Origin: an uncultured Bdellovibrionales bacterium
GTDB lineage: Bacteria > Patescibacteriota > Minisyncoccia > Moranbacterales > GWC2-37-73
NCBI GenBank assembly: GCA_964484505.1
Contig: CAZAFB010000006.1
Coordinates: 14,337 to 78,336 of the forward strand
Direction of reading: 5' to 3'
DNA length: 64,000 bases
Below are positions 18,177-27,806 of this stretch, piece after piece. Under the pieces are notes generated by a model. The model ran no database searches. It was not told the origin of the DNA and saw nothing but the letters and a program-made list of their open reading frames with translations. How positions within the stretch are numbered: position 1 is the first letter of the stretch; each line of letters opens with the position of its first letter. Made by a program: the position numbers and the translations under genes.

Positions 18177-18221
18177 TCAATGTTTTAAATTAATGCCTTG
18201 AGAGGCATTAATTTAAAACAT
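18177..18221. other. perfect ~19-bp AT-rich hairpin immediately 3' of tRNA-Tyr
   Basis: atgttttaaattaatgcct-tgag-aggcattaatttaaaacat. Confidence 0.5.
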
Positions 18222-18225
18222 TATG

Positions 18226-18308
18226 TGGGCAGGGAGGGATTCGAACCCCCGAAGACCGAAGTCGGCTGATTTACAGTCAGCTGTAATAGACCACTCTACC
18301 ACCTACCC
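18226..18308 (-). tRNA. tRNA-Tyr (anticodon GUA), long variable arm
   Basis: GGGUAGGUGGUAGAGUGG...GCUGACUGUAAAUCAGC...GGGGGUUCGAAUCCCUCCCUGCCCA. Confidence 0.85.
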
Positions 18309-18319
18309 ATTTGGTTTAT

Positions 18320-18724
18320 TCATAAACAGCTTTCCAAGCTCTTGAAATCATCAGCTGAATGAATGTGCATTTTTTGCTTATTTTTACTAGGCTCTATTCT
18401 TAATTTAAATGTACTTCTATTAATTTCAGAAACAGGAATATAATAAATATCTCTCGTCTTCCCATTGTAAGCAGCAATAACATCTATCTCTTTATCGGAA
18501 TAGTGCAACACTGACCAATTATTACTGCTTCTGCAATTAACCTCCATCGCACCATTTTTTGGCGTGACATACTTAACTTGTATCCTGATAAATCTGCCAT
18601 CCACTTCTGCAACCAAATCATATCGATTGTTTTCCCCAATAGGCATCAACACCCTCCAACCATCCTCAATAAGACGTGCGACCACATACATTTCAGCAAT
18701 ATAGCCCTTTGTCTTTTTATTCAT
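18320..18724 (-). CDS. PD-(D/E)xK nuclease, Hjc/archaeal Holliday-junction-resolvase-like
   Basis: GYIAEMYVVARLIEDGW...YDLVAE...IRIQVKY follows the G..E(R)E...D..(E/Q)xK pattern of Hjc-like nucleases; 134 aa. Confidence 0.45.
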   Translation of the reverse strand: MNKKTKGYIAEMYVVARLIEDGWRVLMPIGENNRYDLVAEVDGRFIRIQVKYVTPKNGAMEVNCRSSNNWSVLHYSDKEIDVIAAYNGKTRDIYYIPVSEINRSTFKLRIEPSKNKQKMHIHSADDFKSLESCL

Positions 18725-18748
18725 TGTTTTATATTACCAATTTCCCTG

Positions 18749-18820
18749 AGCCGACGAAGGGATTTGAACCCATAACCTTCACTTTACAAAAGTGTTGCTC
18801 TACCGTTGAGCTACGTCGGC
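18749..18820 (-). tRNA. tRNA-Thr (anticodon UGU)
   Basis: GCCGACGUAGCUCAACGGUAGAGCAACACUUUUGUAAAGUGAAGGUUAUGGGUUCAAAUCCCUUCGUCGGCU. One U-U mismatch in the T-stem. Confidence 0.75.
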
Positions 18821-18835
18821 ACCTCCGTGACAAGC

Positions 18836-19507
18836 CTACCTCCTCGCCAACAACCTTTCCAGCTTGCGGATTTTCAATTTCACCTTGTGATGAGCCGGAC
18901 TCAGTTTCAAAACTTGCCTGTAACACTCCAAAGCATCTTTGGCATTTTCTCGATCAGAATAATAATCTCCCAATCTTTCGTACGCTTCGATATCGCGCGG
19001 ATTCATTGCAATCCTCTTTATTAAAACGTCTTCCAATTTTTCATCTACATCCACTGTTCGCTGCGGCATTGTTACTTCCTTGCGCACCATCGGCTCTATT
19101 TTGTTTTCCCGCGGCGTCCTGGAAAAAATTTCCCCTATTCTGTCTTCCTTCAGTGGTCTTGCTTGCATCACACCCTCAGCTTCCTCTTTTTCCGACATTT
19201 CAACTTCCTGACGCTCCGCCTTGGCCGCATCACGCTTAGCCCTAATAGAACGAACCCAGTCATTGCTCGTATTGTGAAAACGGAGTGACATCAGCTTAGC
19301 TCTGCGAATAATCCATTCGGCAATAGCCAGAAAAAAATGGCCAATAACCGAAAAAAACCTGCGGAATTTGCTTCCGTAAAAACTTTTCGCTTGGACGTTT
19401 TGTCCGATTGGCATTTCCCCGATCAAAGCCGCCTTGCGGAAAATGAACCAAATCAAGAGCGAAAGACTTACAACTATTATAATTGGTGGCACTATATAAT
19501 ATAACAT
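18836..19507 (-). CDS. membrane-anchored TPR-repeat protein
   Basis: N-terminal TM helices. C-terminal TPR-like AYERLGDYYSDRENAKDALECYRQVLKL. Confidence 0.45.
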   Translation of the reverse strand: MLYYIVPPIIIVVSLSLLIWFIFRKAALIGEMPIGQNVQAKSFYGSKFRRFFSVIGHFFLAIAEWIIRRAKLMSLRFHNTSNDWVRSIRAKRDAAKAERQEVEMSEKEEAEGVMQARPLKEDRIGEIFSRTPRENKIEPMVRKEVTMPQRTVDVDEKLEDVLIKRIAMNPRDIEAYERLGDYYSDRENAKDALECYRQVLKLSPAHHKVKLKIRKLERLLARR

Positions 19508-19526
19508 GTCGGCAAAAAAATTCTTT

Positions 19527-20303
19527 TCATTTCACATCCTGTTTCGAAAAAACAACATACTTTCCGTCTTCTAGCTTGACTTTGATTTCTTGAGTTATAG
19601 CATTCACTTCAATAACTTCGCCATTTCCTTCCGGCGTGCGCACAATAGAATGAGGTTCGGGCATTCCCTTGAGCATTTCCTTATATTGACATGACTCATA
19701 GGAAAGACAGCACATGAGCCTGCCGCAGAATCCGGAAATACGCTCACTGCCACGATGTGCCACTTGTTGGATACGAGCCATATCGATTGAAATACTTGGC
19801 AAATTACCAGCCAGACGCAAGCAACATAGATCTCTGCCACACACTCCGCAGCCACCGCATTTTCGCGCTTCATCGCGTGAACCGATTTGATGCATCCGCA
19901 CACTGCGATGAAAAATACGCGCTAAGTTTTTAACCAATTCTCGAAAATCAACACGTTCCTCGGCGGTAAACACGATGACCATGTTGCTACCATCCAAACT
20001 TACGCGCGCGTCGATCACTTTCATTTCCAAATTCAATCTTTTTGCTTCCATCCGTGAAAGCTGCAAAATCTCTTTTTTCTTTTCCTCATTCTTTTCAAAG
20101 TTCTCCTGCTCTTTTTCCGATGCCATGCGCAATATCTGCTGCACACATTCGTCGCCAGTATCAATCGAGCCACCCACGACTTCGCCTATTTCCAAAGAAG
20201 CATCATCCCTAATAATAACCTTATTACCTTTGAGATATTCTTCTTCTCCCTCACAGAGCCAAGGGCTTTCCCAATTATATACGCTCACCAAATATTTTGC
20301 CAT
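19527..20303 (-). CDS. PSP1 C-terminal domain protein (RicT/YaaT-like)
   Basis: Cys cluster CGGCGVCGRDLCCL...CGRLMCCLSY characteristic of the PSP1 domain. Confidence 0.7.
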   Translation of the reverse strand: MAKYLVSVYNWESPWLCEGEEEYLKGNKVIIRDDASLEIGEVVGGSIDTGDECVQQILRMASEKEQENFEKNEEKKKEILQLSRMEAKRLNLEMKVIDARVSLDGSNMVIVFTAEERVDFRELVKNLARIFHRSVRMHQIGSRDEARKCGGCGVCGRDLCCLRLAGNLPSISIDMARIQQVAHRGSERISGFCGRLMCCLSYESCQYKEMLKGMPEPHSIVRTPEGNGEVIEVNAITQEIKVKLEDGKYVVFSKQDVK

Positions 20304-20326
20304 AGCATTTCACGTAGCACGCATTA

Positions 20327-20905
20327 TTACAACTCAAAACGGACGAACTCACCTATCTGAATGTTTTCTCCAATTTTACTAATCTTTTCCGTAAGCAACT
20401 GTCCTATTGTCATTGAAGGATCTTTGACGAATGCCTGGGTTAGCAATGCGGCTTCCTCGCGAAATTTCTTTTCTTTTCCTTCCATGATTTTTGCAACCAT
20501 TTCCTTCGGCTTTCCTTCCTGCTCCAATTGCTTGGTCCAAATTTCCTTTTCCTTCTCCACCAGTTCAGCCAAAACATCTTCCGGCTTGACCACCAAAGGA
20601 CTCATCGCAGTTACATGCATTGCAACATCGCGGGCCAGCGCTTGGAATTCCTCATTGCGCGCAACGAAATCTGTCTCACAAAAAAGCTTCACCAATGCTC
20701 CGATCCTGTTATTTGAATGAATATAGGAAACCACAACGCCTTCTCTCGTTTCACGATCGGCACGCTTGAGAGCTTTGCCATGTCCTTGCTCGCGCAGAAT
20801 TTGGATAGCCTTTTCTTCATCACCTTTGGCTTCATCGAGAGCCTTTTTGATATTAACGACTCCCGCACCCGTTTTTTCACGTATTTTTTTGATAAGATCC
20901 AACAT
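20327..20905 (-). CDS. tsf: translation elongation factor Ts
   Basis: MLDLIKKIREKTGAGVVNIKKALDEAKGDEEKAIQILRE... (UBA-like N-terminus of EF-Ts). Start placed at MLDLIKK; the ORF track extends to 20947. Confidence 0.85.
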   Translation of the reverse strand: MLDLIKKIREKTGAGVVNIKKALDEAKGDEEKAIQILREQGHGKALKRADRETREGVVVSYIHSNNRIGALVKLFCETDFVARNEEFQALARDVAMHVTAMSPLVVKPEDVLAELVEKEKEIWTKQLEQEGKPKEMVAKIMEGKEKKFREEAALLTQAFVKDPSMTIGQLLTEKISKIGENIQIGEFVRFEL

Positions 20906-20991
20906 AATATAATTTACAGAAACACACAGAAGTTTACGGAACGACACAGAAAAAATTCCGTGTCTCTGTGTTATTCTGTTATATTTTGTGT

Positions 20992-21765
20992 TTATTCTTT
21001 TACTATAGCTTTACAAACATAACTCATGATGGTACGCAACGATGAAACAGCATCATCATTGGCAGGGATCACAAAATCAATTCCCGTCGGATCAACATTC
21101 GTATCCGCAATCGCTACAACAGGAACGCCAACTTTTTGAGCTTCTTTAATTGCTAAATTATCTTCTTTGATACTCATGGCAAATATCGCAGCCGGCAGTT
21201 CGATCATGTTTTTAATACCGCCCATGCGCTTTTCCATCTTTTCAAGCTCTTCAATTTTTTTCATCTGCTCAAACTTGGTATACTTCTTGAATTCACCCTT
21301 AGCAAACTTATCCTGCGAATCGACCAGATATCTGGCACGTTGGCGGATTATCTTGAAATTGGTAAATGTTCCTCCAAGCCATCTCTCACTAACAAAAAAC
21401 ATGTCCGAAAATTCAGCGGCATCGCGAGCCAACTCACGCGCCTGAGTCTTGGTTCCCACAAAAAGTACCTTTTTGCCAGAAGCCTTGATTTCAGCCAAAA
21501 AATCCATTGCTTCTTGAAGCTTTTCTGCAGTCTTTTGTAGATCAATTATATTAATTCCCTTGCGGGTGGTGAAGATGTATTTATCCATCTTCGGATTTCT
21601 GCGAGCCTTTTGGTGACCAAAATGCACGCCGTTTTTGAGCAAAGTTTCCAGAGTCAATTCCATTTTGCCCAAATCAACACTGGCGAAATAATTTTCCCCC
21701 TCTTCAGTCTTTTTTGAGACTTCCGCCTCCGACGCAGACACTACGCCATTCTTTTTCATTGTCAT
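20992..21765 (-). CDS. rpsB: 30S ribosomal protein S2
   Basis: LKNGVHFGHQKARRNPKM...; full-length S2 similarity. Confidence 0.9.
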   Translation of the reverse strand: MTMKKNGVVSASEAEVSKKTEEGENYFASVDLGKMELTLETLLKNGVHFGHQKARRNPKMDKYIFTTRKGINIIDLQKTAEKLQEAMDFLAEIKASGKKVLFVGTKTQARELARDAAEFSDMFFVSERWLGGTFTNFKIIRQRARYLVDSQDKFAKGEFKKYTKFEQMKKIEELEKMEKRMGGIKNMIELPAAIFAMSIKEDNLAIKEAQKVGVPVVAIADTNVDPTGIDFVIPANDDAVSSLRTIMSYVCKAIVKE

Positions 21766-22042
21766 TTGGATTATTCCTTAATGTGTTACATATCTGTCAA
21801 AGAGACAGACTGCTTGCCTACCAGGCAAGCGTAAAACCGCCTATCCAAGCCTTTTTTAACCAAAATCCCCACAAAAGGGACAGGATTGGCCAAGCTTTGG
21901 ATATATTGGATCGCGCCTAAAGAAAAGCCTTCTGGCACGTACATGGCTCAGTATAGCGAAAGACTCACCCCTTGTCAATTTCCCAACCCTATGTTACATT
22001 ATCCAAGCGCTATCAAATAATCATACAAATTTCAGAAATTCA

Positions 22043-22078
22043 ATTCGTACATTCGTACCGATTCGTATTTCGTAGAGG
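22043..22078 (+). promoter_or_regulatory. array of four TTCGTA hexamers upstream of rpmE
   Basis: aattcgtacattcgtaccgattcgtatttcgtag. Confidence 0.4.
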
Positions 22079-22083
22079 AATTC

Positions 22084-22353
22084 ATGAAGAAGAACATTCA
22101 CCCAGAATATCATGGAGATGCTAAGGTTATCTGCTCTTGCGGAGCAGTTTTGGAGACCGGTTCTACCGTGAAAGAAATGCATGTGGAAATTTGCTCCCAG
22201 TGTCATCCTTTCTATACTGGCAAGAAAAAAGTTATTGACACAACCGGACGCGTAGACCGCTTTAAGAAACTTGCCGAAAAAGCTGCCGCAGCGAAAAAAA
22301 CCGTTAAATCGAAAACTGAAAAAAAGGCCAAGAAGGCTGAGAAGAAAAAATAG
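22084..22353 (+). CDS. rpmE: 50S ribosomal protein L31
   Basis: [28 protein letters not shown]...[11 protein letters not shown]. Confidence 0.9.
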   Translation: MKKNIHPEYHGDAKVICSCGAVLETGSTVKEMHVEICSQCHPFYTGKKKVIDTTGRVDRFKKLAEKAAAAKKTVKSKTEKKAKKAEKKK

Positions 22354-22369
22354 TTTTTTACAGAAATTG

Positions 22370-22402
22370 AAAACCCCGCGCCAAGCGGGGTTTTATTTTT
22401 GT
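22370..22402. terminator. bidirectional intrinsic terminator between rpmE and mscL
   Basis: aaaaccccgcgccaagcggggttttatttttg. Confidence 0.7.
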
Positions 22403-22410
22403 ACAAGAAA

Positions 22411-22794
22411 TTATTTCTTGATGTTATCCCTTATCTCGCGAAGCAACAAAACTTCCTCTGTCGGCTTTGCCGGTTCTTTTTCCTCCTGTTTCTTTATTTT
22501 TTCCAATTGTTTGATCACCAAAAAAATTGAAAAAGCAATGATCAGAAAATCAATCACGGTGTTTATAAACAGACCATAATTTATCGTAACAGCCGCAGCG
22601 CTTCCGGAAGCTTTTTTTAGCGTAAAAACCAAATTGGAAAAATCCACACCGCCTGTGAGCATCCCGATTGGCGGCATGATTATGTCGGAAACAAATGACG
22701 AAACGATTTTACCGAACGCGCCACCGATAACGACACCGACAGCCAAGTCCACCACATTGCCTTTCATGGCAAACTTTTTGAATTCTTGCAGCAT
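22411..22794 (-). CDS. mscL: large-conductance mechanosensitive channel
   Basis: [44 protein letters not shown]. Confidence 0.85.
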   Translation of the reverse strand: MLQEFKKFAMKGNVVDLAVGVVIGGAFGKIVSSFVSDIIMPPIGMLTGGVDFSNLVFTLKKASGSAAAVTINYGLFINTVIDFLIIAFSIFLVIKQLEKIKKQEEKEPAKPTEEVLLLREIRDNIKK

Positions 22795-22823
22795 ACTCTT
22801 ATTACCCCCTGCTTTTAATAATT

Positions 22824-23222
22824 TTACTCCGTAGTTGTTCCCTCAAATTCCGCTTCATTCGCCGCAGCTTCTTCTTTGGTTGCACGCACAATTTGGTCTT
22901 TGTGATGCGCTGGTGAATAAATCGTATATAACTTCAATTCTTCCGAGTCGGATACATTGATAATATTGTGCTCAGCGCCCGCAGGAACCAAAATGGCCAC
23001 ACCATCCCCAACTTCATATTCATTTCCGTCAATAATGCATTTTCCCTCACCTTTTTCAAAGCGAAAAAACTGGTCATTGTCGAGATGGACTTCCATGCCA
23101 ATTTCTTCGCCCGGACGAAGACTCATCAAAACCAATTGGGAATGCTTGCCTGTGTAGAGTACTTTGCGAAAATTCCCATTTTCCAAAGTGTCTTTTTCGA
23201 TGTCTCCTCGATAACCTTTCAT
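22824..23222 (-). CDS. cupin domain protein
   Basis: Two-His/Glu cupin motifs ([12 protein letters not shown]...[12 protein letters not shown]). Confidence 0.6.
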   Translation of the reverse strand: MKGYRGDIEKDTLENGNFRKVLYTGKHSQLVLMSLRPGEEIGMEVHLDNDQFFRFEKGEGKCIIDGNEYEVGDGVAILVPAGAEHNIINVSDSEELKLYTIYSPAHHKDQIVRATKEEAAANEAEFEGTTTE

Positions 23223-23347
23223 ATGTTTTTGATTAAAAAATTATATTACTTATTTTTATACAGATTCCAAATGTGATTTATTCCAATTATACCACAAACG
23301 CCATACGCCTTTACAAAAACCCTAAAAATTCTTACAATAAACGAGCT

Positions 23348-24415
23348 ATGGAATCACGTTTAAACAATATTAAAACAGAATATCAGCAAATTACCGACCA
23401 ACTCAGCTCCCCTGAGATTCTTTCCGATTCCCGCAAAATGGCCGAGCTTGGCAAAAAACAATCCGAGCTTTCGGAAATCATCGGCAAAATCGACCGTCTC
23501 GACCAAGTTGAGCATGAAATGAAGGGTAATGCCCAAATCGTCAACACTGAAGAAGATGCTGAAATGAAGCAGATGGCTTTGGATGAAAACGTCAAACTAT
23601 CCCAAGAAAAAGAGGCGCTGGAAAAGGAAATTGAAATGATGCTGCTGCCCAAAGATCCCAATGACTCCAAAAATGTCATCGTTGAAATCCGTGCCGGTGC
23701 CGGCGGCGACGAATCGGCACTTTTTGCCGCTTCACTTTTTCGCATGTATATAAAATATGCCGAAAGCAACGGCTGGCAAACAGGGGTATTAAACTCAAAT
23801 CAAACGGAACTTGGGGGCTTCAAAGAAATAGTTTTTGAAATGAACGGACAAGGCGTATATGGCAAGATGAAATATGAGTCCGGGGTACACCGCGTGCAGC
23901 GCGTGCCGGAAACTGAAAAAATGGGTCGTGTGCACACTTCAACAGCCACAGTCGCCGTTTTGCCGGAAGCTGAAGAAGTGGAACTCGTCATTAATGAAAA
24001 AGATTTACGTATAGATACTTTTGCGTCATCAGGTCCAGGCGGACAATCCGTCAACACGACCATGAGCGCCGTACGCATCACTCACCTTCCGACCGGCACG
24101 GTAGTTTCCTGCCAGGATGAAAAATCCCAGCACAAGAACAAAGACAAAGCGATGAAAGTTTTGCGCTCACGTTTGGCACAACTGGAAGAAGAAGCGCGCG
24201 CCAAAGAATTAGGAGATGCCAGAAAGAGCCAAATCGGCACAGGGGATCGAAGCGAGAAAATCAGAACTTACAACTTTCCACAGGATCGCATCACTGACCA
24301 CCGCATCAAGCAAAACTGGAGCAACATTGAAGGCATCCTCGCCGGCAACCTTGAATCAATCATCACTGCCCTTCAAGAAGAAGACATCAAACTTAAGATG
24401 TCGAAAACGTCTTAA
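23348..24415 (+). CDS. prfA: peptide chain release factor 1
   Basis: GGQ motif [12 protein letters not shown]. PxT-type tripeptide VPETE. Start placed at MESRL. Confidence 0.9.
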   Translation: MESRLNNIKTEYQQITDQLSSPEILSDSRKMAELGKKQSELSEIIGKIDRLDQVEHEMKGNAQIVNTEEDAEMKQMALDENVKLSQEKEALEKEIEMMLLPKDPNDSKNVIVEIRAGAGGDESALFAASLFRMYIKYAESNGWQTGVLNSNQTELGGFKEIVFEMNGQGVYGKMKYESGVHRVQRVPETEKMGRVHTSTATVAVLPEAEEVELVINEKDLRIDTFASSGPGGQSVNTTMSAVRITHLPTGTVVSCQDEKSQHKNKDKAMKVLRSRLAQLEEEARAKELGDARKSQIGTGDRSEKIRTYNFPQDRITDHRIKQNWSNIEGILAGNLESIITALQEEDIKLKMSKTS

Positions 24416-24543
24416 GCGATTCAAAAGGTTCAACCTTTTGAGGAGTTTATGCTTAGCCAAAGGTTGAACCTTGGGCAATGCAAAGGTTTTCAAATTTGCT
24501 AATTGGATTTTGATTAGAAATTAGGGATTAGAAATTCTGGAAT

Positions 24544-25062
24544 TTATTTCACCACCCACTCCGGATAAGCTTTGATATAAGAAAGAATGTGACCAAAATC
24601 AAAATAAACCAAAAGTGCAATTAGAAGGCTATACCCACAGGCAATCAAAATATCCCATTTCAAGCTCAAAATGAGCTTTTTTTCATATTGCGGAAGCTTT
24701 TTCTCGTAATTAACTATGTTGCCCGCGCCAATGCGCAATAGTGCCATTCCTGCAACATTAGTCAACCAATATCCGATCAGAAACAACAACATAAAAAGCA
24801 AGACACTCACCTCTGTCATATATGAAATTATTCTTCCTACTGAATAAGCAAACATGTATGCCAAGGGAACGTTTATTACCAAATCATTCCACCATGAAAA
24901 AGGCGAGAGCGAAAACCCTGCCGTCGCAATCAGCCCGTGTTTGGTCCTGTGAAATATTTTTTGTAAATCCATATCCTTATGTACAAATATTACACATATG
25001 GATATGAGTATACCACAAAAGATTGGGGGTATCGAGACATTGTCTCGATACCCCCACATCAC
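24544..25062 (-). CDS. hypothetical integral membrane protein
   Basis: Multiple TM helices; no recognised motif. Confidence 0.4.
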   Translation of the reverse strand: MMWGYRDNVSIPPIFCGILISICVIFVHKDMDLQKIFHRTKHGLIATAGFSLSPFSWWNDLVINVPLAYMFAYSVGRIISYMTEVSVLLFMLLFLIGYWLTNVAGMALLRIGAGNIVNYEKKLPQYEKKLILSLKWDILIACGYSLLIALLVYFDFGHILSYIKAYPEWVVK

Positions 25063-25065
25063 CTA

Positions 25066-26196
25066 TCAGAAGGCACCAATTTTGCGGGCACAATCCAATA
25101 CATTTTCGCCTACCTTTAAGCCCATAAATGCCTTGGGATTATTGACCCAAGCATGTCTGTTTCTGCCGGAATTTTTAGCCGCATAGAGAGCAACATCCGC
25201 GGCATCGATCATATTTTTGACGCCGCCTTCCGCACTATACAGTTCCTTTTCAAAAGGGCATATCCCCGCAGAAAACGTCAGTTTTCTCTCTATGTTATCA
25301 ATCTGTACAACATTAAGCCTCAGCTGCCCGATCAACTTCTCAAGCGATTCTTTTGAACCAGGCATGCACAATGCGAATTCCTCACCTCCCATACGTGCAA
25401 AAAATGATCCGGGATATATTTCCTGCATCTTTCGCAGATTCTGAGCGAAAAACACCAACACGGCATCGCCGGCCGCATGCCCATATTCATCGTTTATTTT
25501 TTTGAAATAATCAATGTCTATCATCGCAAAAAAATAATCTTCCAGAGGCTCCGGAAGTTTCCGGGTTTTCTCCTCCCAAGCCCTCCTGTTGGGCAACTGA
25601 GTGAGATCATCGATATATGCTCGCTCATCAAGAGGCTCGGGCTTGCTGTGCAGAATCATCATTTTAAGCAGGATCGTTTCTCTCAGCAAGCTACAGATCA
25701 TTTTCAGCTCATCTTCTCGAAACAAATAATTTCTTGCACTTTCCGTATCGTCAATTCCAATGAGATAATGACACGGACTTTTGCCATAGGGCACCAGGAA
25801 AGTAAAGGTAACATCGTTGCCGACACCATCTCGCGCAACCATCTCCAAGAAACCGTCAACTGGATCGCCGTTTGGGATATCATCCAGCTCATACACACCA
25901 GTCATCTTGAAAACGCCGGTGGAAGCTATGGATATCCATTGCTTTTGGCTCTCATTGTACCTGAGAAGAGATATGCGATTCGCGTTCAGGAGATCCGCCA
26001 CATCTTCCAGTATCATGTCTAAGAAGGCCTCGAATTGATAAGTATGAATGGCATTAAGCCAACGCCAAAACTCCTCACCGACAATCCTGATTCCAAACTG
26101 CTCCAATGCTTTTCTGAACATCTTTTGGTTCCTCCTTTTTTGGTTTTTATTCTGTTGGAAAATAACTTGCAAATAATGCAACAAAAAGACTACCAC
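25066..26196 (-). CDS. diguanylate cyclase (GGDEF domain) with N-terminal sensor (GAF-like) domain
   Basis: GGEEF active-site motif (ARMGGEEFALC) and RxxD-type context. Confidence 0.8.
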   Translation of the reverse strand: MVVFLLHYLQVIFQQNKNQKRRNQKMFRKALEQFGIRIVGEEFWRWLNAIHTYQFEAFLDMILEDVADLLNANRISLLRYNESQKQWISIASTGVFKMTGVYELDDIPNGDPVDGFLEMVARDGVGNDVTFTFLVPYGKSPCHYLIGIDDTESARNYLFREDELKMICSLLRETILLKMMILHSKPEPLDERAYIDDLTQLPNRRAWEEKTRKLPEPLEDYFFAMIDIDYFKKINDEYGHAAGDAVLVFFAQNLRKMQEIYPGSFFARMGGEEFALCMPGSKESLEKLIGQLRLNVVQIDNIERKLTFSAGICPFEKELYSAEGGVKNMIDAADVALYAAKNSGRNRHAWVNNPKAFMGLKVGENVLDCARKIGAF

Positions 26197-26272
26197 ATGA
26201 AGTTATGCAAATCAAGTCTTTACATGGCATCTATACTTCCCTATAATTCTACACATCCATAATATCCCTCGG

Positions 26273-27190
26273 ATGAAGGAAATATTTCAAAAAAACATAG
26301 ATTCTATTATGAATAAAAATAAGGGCAAACTGGATACATTTGAAATTCAGCTGCTTTGCGCTGAAGCGATTGGAAAATCGCGCGAGTTCGTCATGGCACA
26401 CCCGGAATATACAATGAGCAGTAGACAATGCTCAATATTCAATAGATTTATCGAAAGAAGACTTAAAGGAGAGCCGCTTGCTTATATCTTAGGACAAAAG
26501 GAATTTTATGGTTTAGATTTTGTCGTCAACAAACATACGCTCGTGCCGCGACCGGAAACGGAACTGCTCGTCGATTTAACATTGGGAGAATTAAGCCACA
26601 TGTTACGTAACAAGCTACGCAGCACTACGATCATCGATATTGGAACGGGCAGCGGAAATATTATTATTTCAATCGCTAAAGTGATTGAAAGTTTCAAGTT
26701 TCAAGTTTCAAGTTTCAAATTCATTGGAATTGACGTATCAAAAGAAGCTCTGGCTGTCGCAAAGAAAAACGCGAAGATACACGGTATCAATAAAAAAATA
26801 AAATTCCTCCAAGGTGATTTGTTCTCTCCCGTTTTGGAGAAAAAATATTGTTCATTGTTCACTGATCATTGTTCTCTGATTATAACTGCCAATCTTCCAT
26901 ATCTTTCCAAAGAAATTTACGAAAGCGCTCCGCGTGATGTCAAGAACTTCGAACCCAAGTCCGCCCTCTATTCCCCCTCCGCCGGCCTTGGACATTACAA
27001 AAAACTTTTATCTCAAATTAATAATTCCTTGTTCATTGATCATTGTTCATTGATCATTTTTCTAGAAATCAGTCCCGAACAAAAACCCCTACTTTCACCA
27101 ATCATCAAAAAAATATTCCCCGAAGTAAAAATCAAATTTCATAAAGATCTGGCTGGCAAATGGAGGGCATGTGAAATAAAATCGCAATAG
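26273..27190 (+). CDS. prmC: release-factor glutamine N5-methyltransferase (PrmC/HemK) carrying in-frame repeat insertions
   Basis: PRPETELLVD. SAM motif DIGTGSGNIII. NPPY-variant ANLPY. The gene is about 25 aa longer than typical because of inserted repeat-derived segments. Confidence 0.75.
   Translation: MKEIFQKNIDSIMNKNKGKLDTFEIQLLCAEAIGKSREFVMAHPEYTMSSRQCSIFNRFIERRLKGEPLAYILGQKEFYGLDFVVNKHTLVPRPETELLVDLTLGELSHMLRNKLRSTTIIDIGTGSGNIIISIAKVIESFKFQVSSFKFIGIDVSKEALAVAKKNAKIHGINKKIKFLQGDLFSPVLEKKYCSLFTDHCSLIITANLPYLSKEIYESAPRDVKNFEPKSALYSPSAGLGHYKKLLSQINNSLFIDHCSLIIFLEISPEQKPLLSPIIKKIFPEVKIKFHKDLAGKWRACEIKSQ
26700..26727 (+). repeat. (AGTTTCA)x4 heptanucleotide tandem repeat inside prmC
   Basis: agtttcaagtttcaagtttcaagtttca; 28 bp. 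Confidence 0.8.
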
Positions 27191-27295
27191 CATCCTTGAT
27201 TTGCTGTGCCCGCTTCTGGAGAGTTTATGGATCTAGCTGCGCAAAACTAGCCACTGAAATAAATCAGCATGACATCATTACAATGTAATACGCAA

Positions 27296-27322
27296 AAACC
27301 CGCATTGAGCGGGTTTTTGCTA
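27296..27322. terminator. bidirectional intrinsic terminator
   Basis: aaaaacccgcattgagcgggtttttgc. Confidence 0.7.
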
Positions 27323-27379
27323 TGTTTTCTTTCTTTCGATGAAGAAAGGAAACACTAAAGAAGATATAATCAAATAAGA

Positions 27380-27538
27380 CTATTTCTTTTTCTTTTTAGC
27401 AACTTTCTTTTTCTTAGGAGCTGCTTTTTTGACTGCTTTCTTCACAGTCTTGGTAGCCTTCTTTACAGCCTTCTTAGCAACTTTCTTTTTCTTAGGAGCT
27501 GCTTTTTTGGTAGCCTTCTTAGCTTTTTTAACTGCCAT
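27380..27538 (-). CDS. small lysine/alanine-rich histone H1/Hc1-like basic protein (52 aa)
   Basis: Manual translation gives MAVKKAKKATKKAAPKKKKVAKKAVKKATKTVKKAVKKAAPKKKKVAKKKKK. Strong SD AAGGAGGUGAG 5 nt upstream. Not in the ORF track because it is under 60 aa. Confidence 0.5.
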   Translation of the reverse strand: MAVKKAKKATKKAAPKKKKVAKKAVKKATKTVKKAVKKAAPKKKKVAKKKKK

Positions 27539-27765
27539 GTGGACTCACCTCCTTCTATACATCTTGTCTATTTCATATTCGCGCTGGACATTCCAGTCCC
27601 GCGTCTTCTCCTCTAATGTCCTTGCATCATCAGGAAAGATACGAGACCGAAAACATCAAGCGAAAGATTTTTTTGACAAAGATATTTTTATTTTTTTATT
27701 TCTTGCGAGAAGTTTCTCTCACAACTTAATTATAGAATATAATTCCTAAAATGCAACAAGAAAAA

Positions 27766-27806
27766 GTTATCCACAGTGTAAAAATGTTCCACATCCACAC
27801 TGCAAG
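27766..27806. promoter_or_regulatory. DnaA-box-like cluster in a long AT-rich intergenic region
   Basis: Perfect TTATCCACA at 27766-27774, followed by tgTTCCACAtCCACA. Confidence 0.35.
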
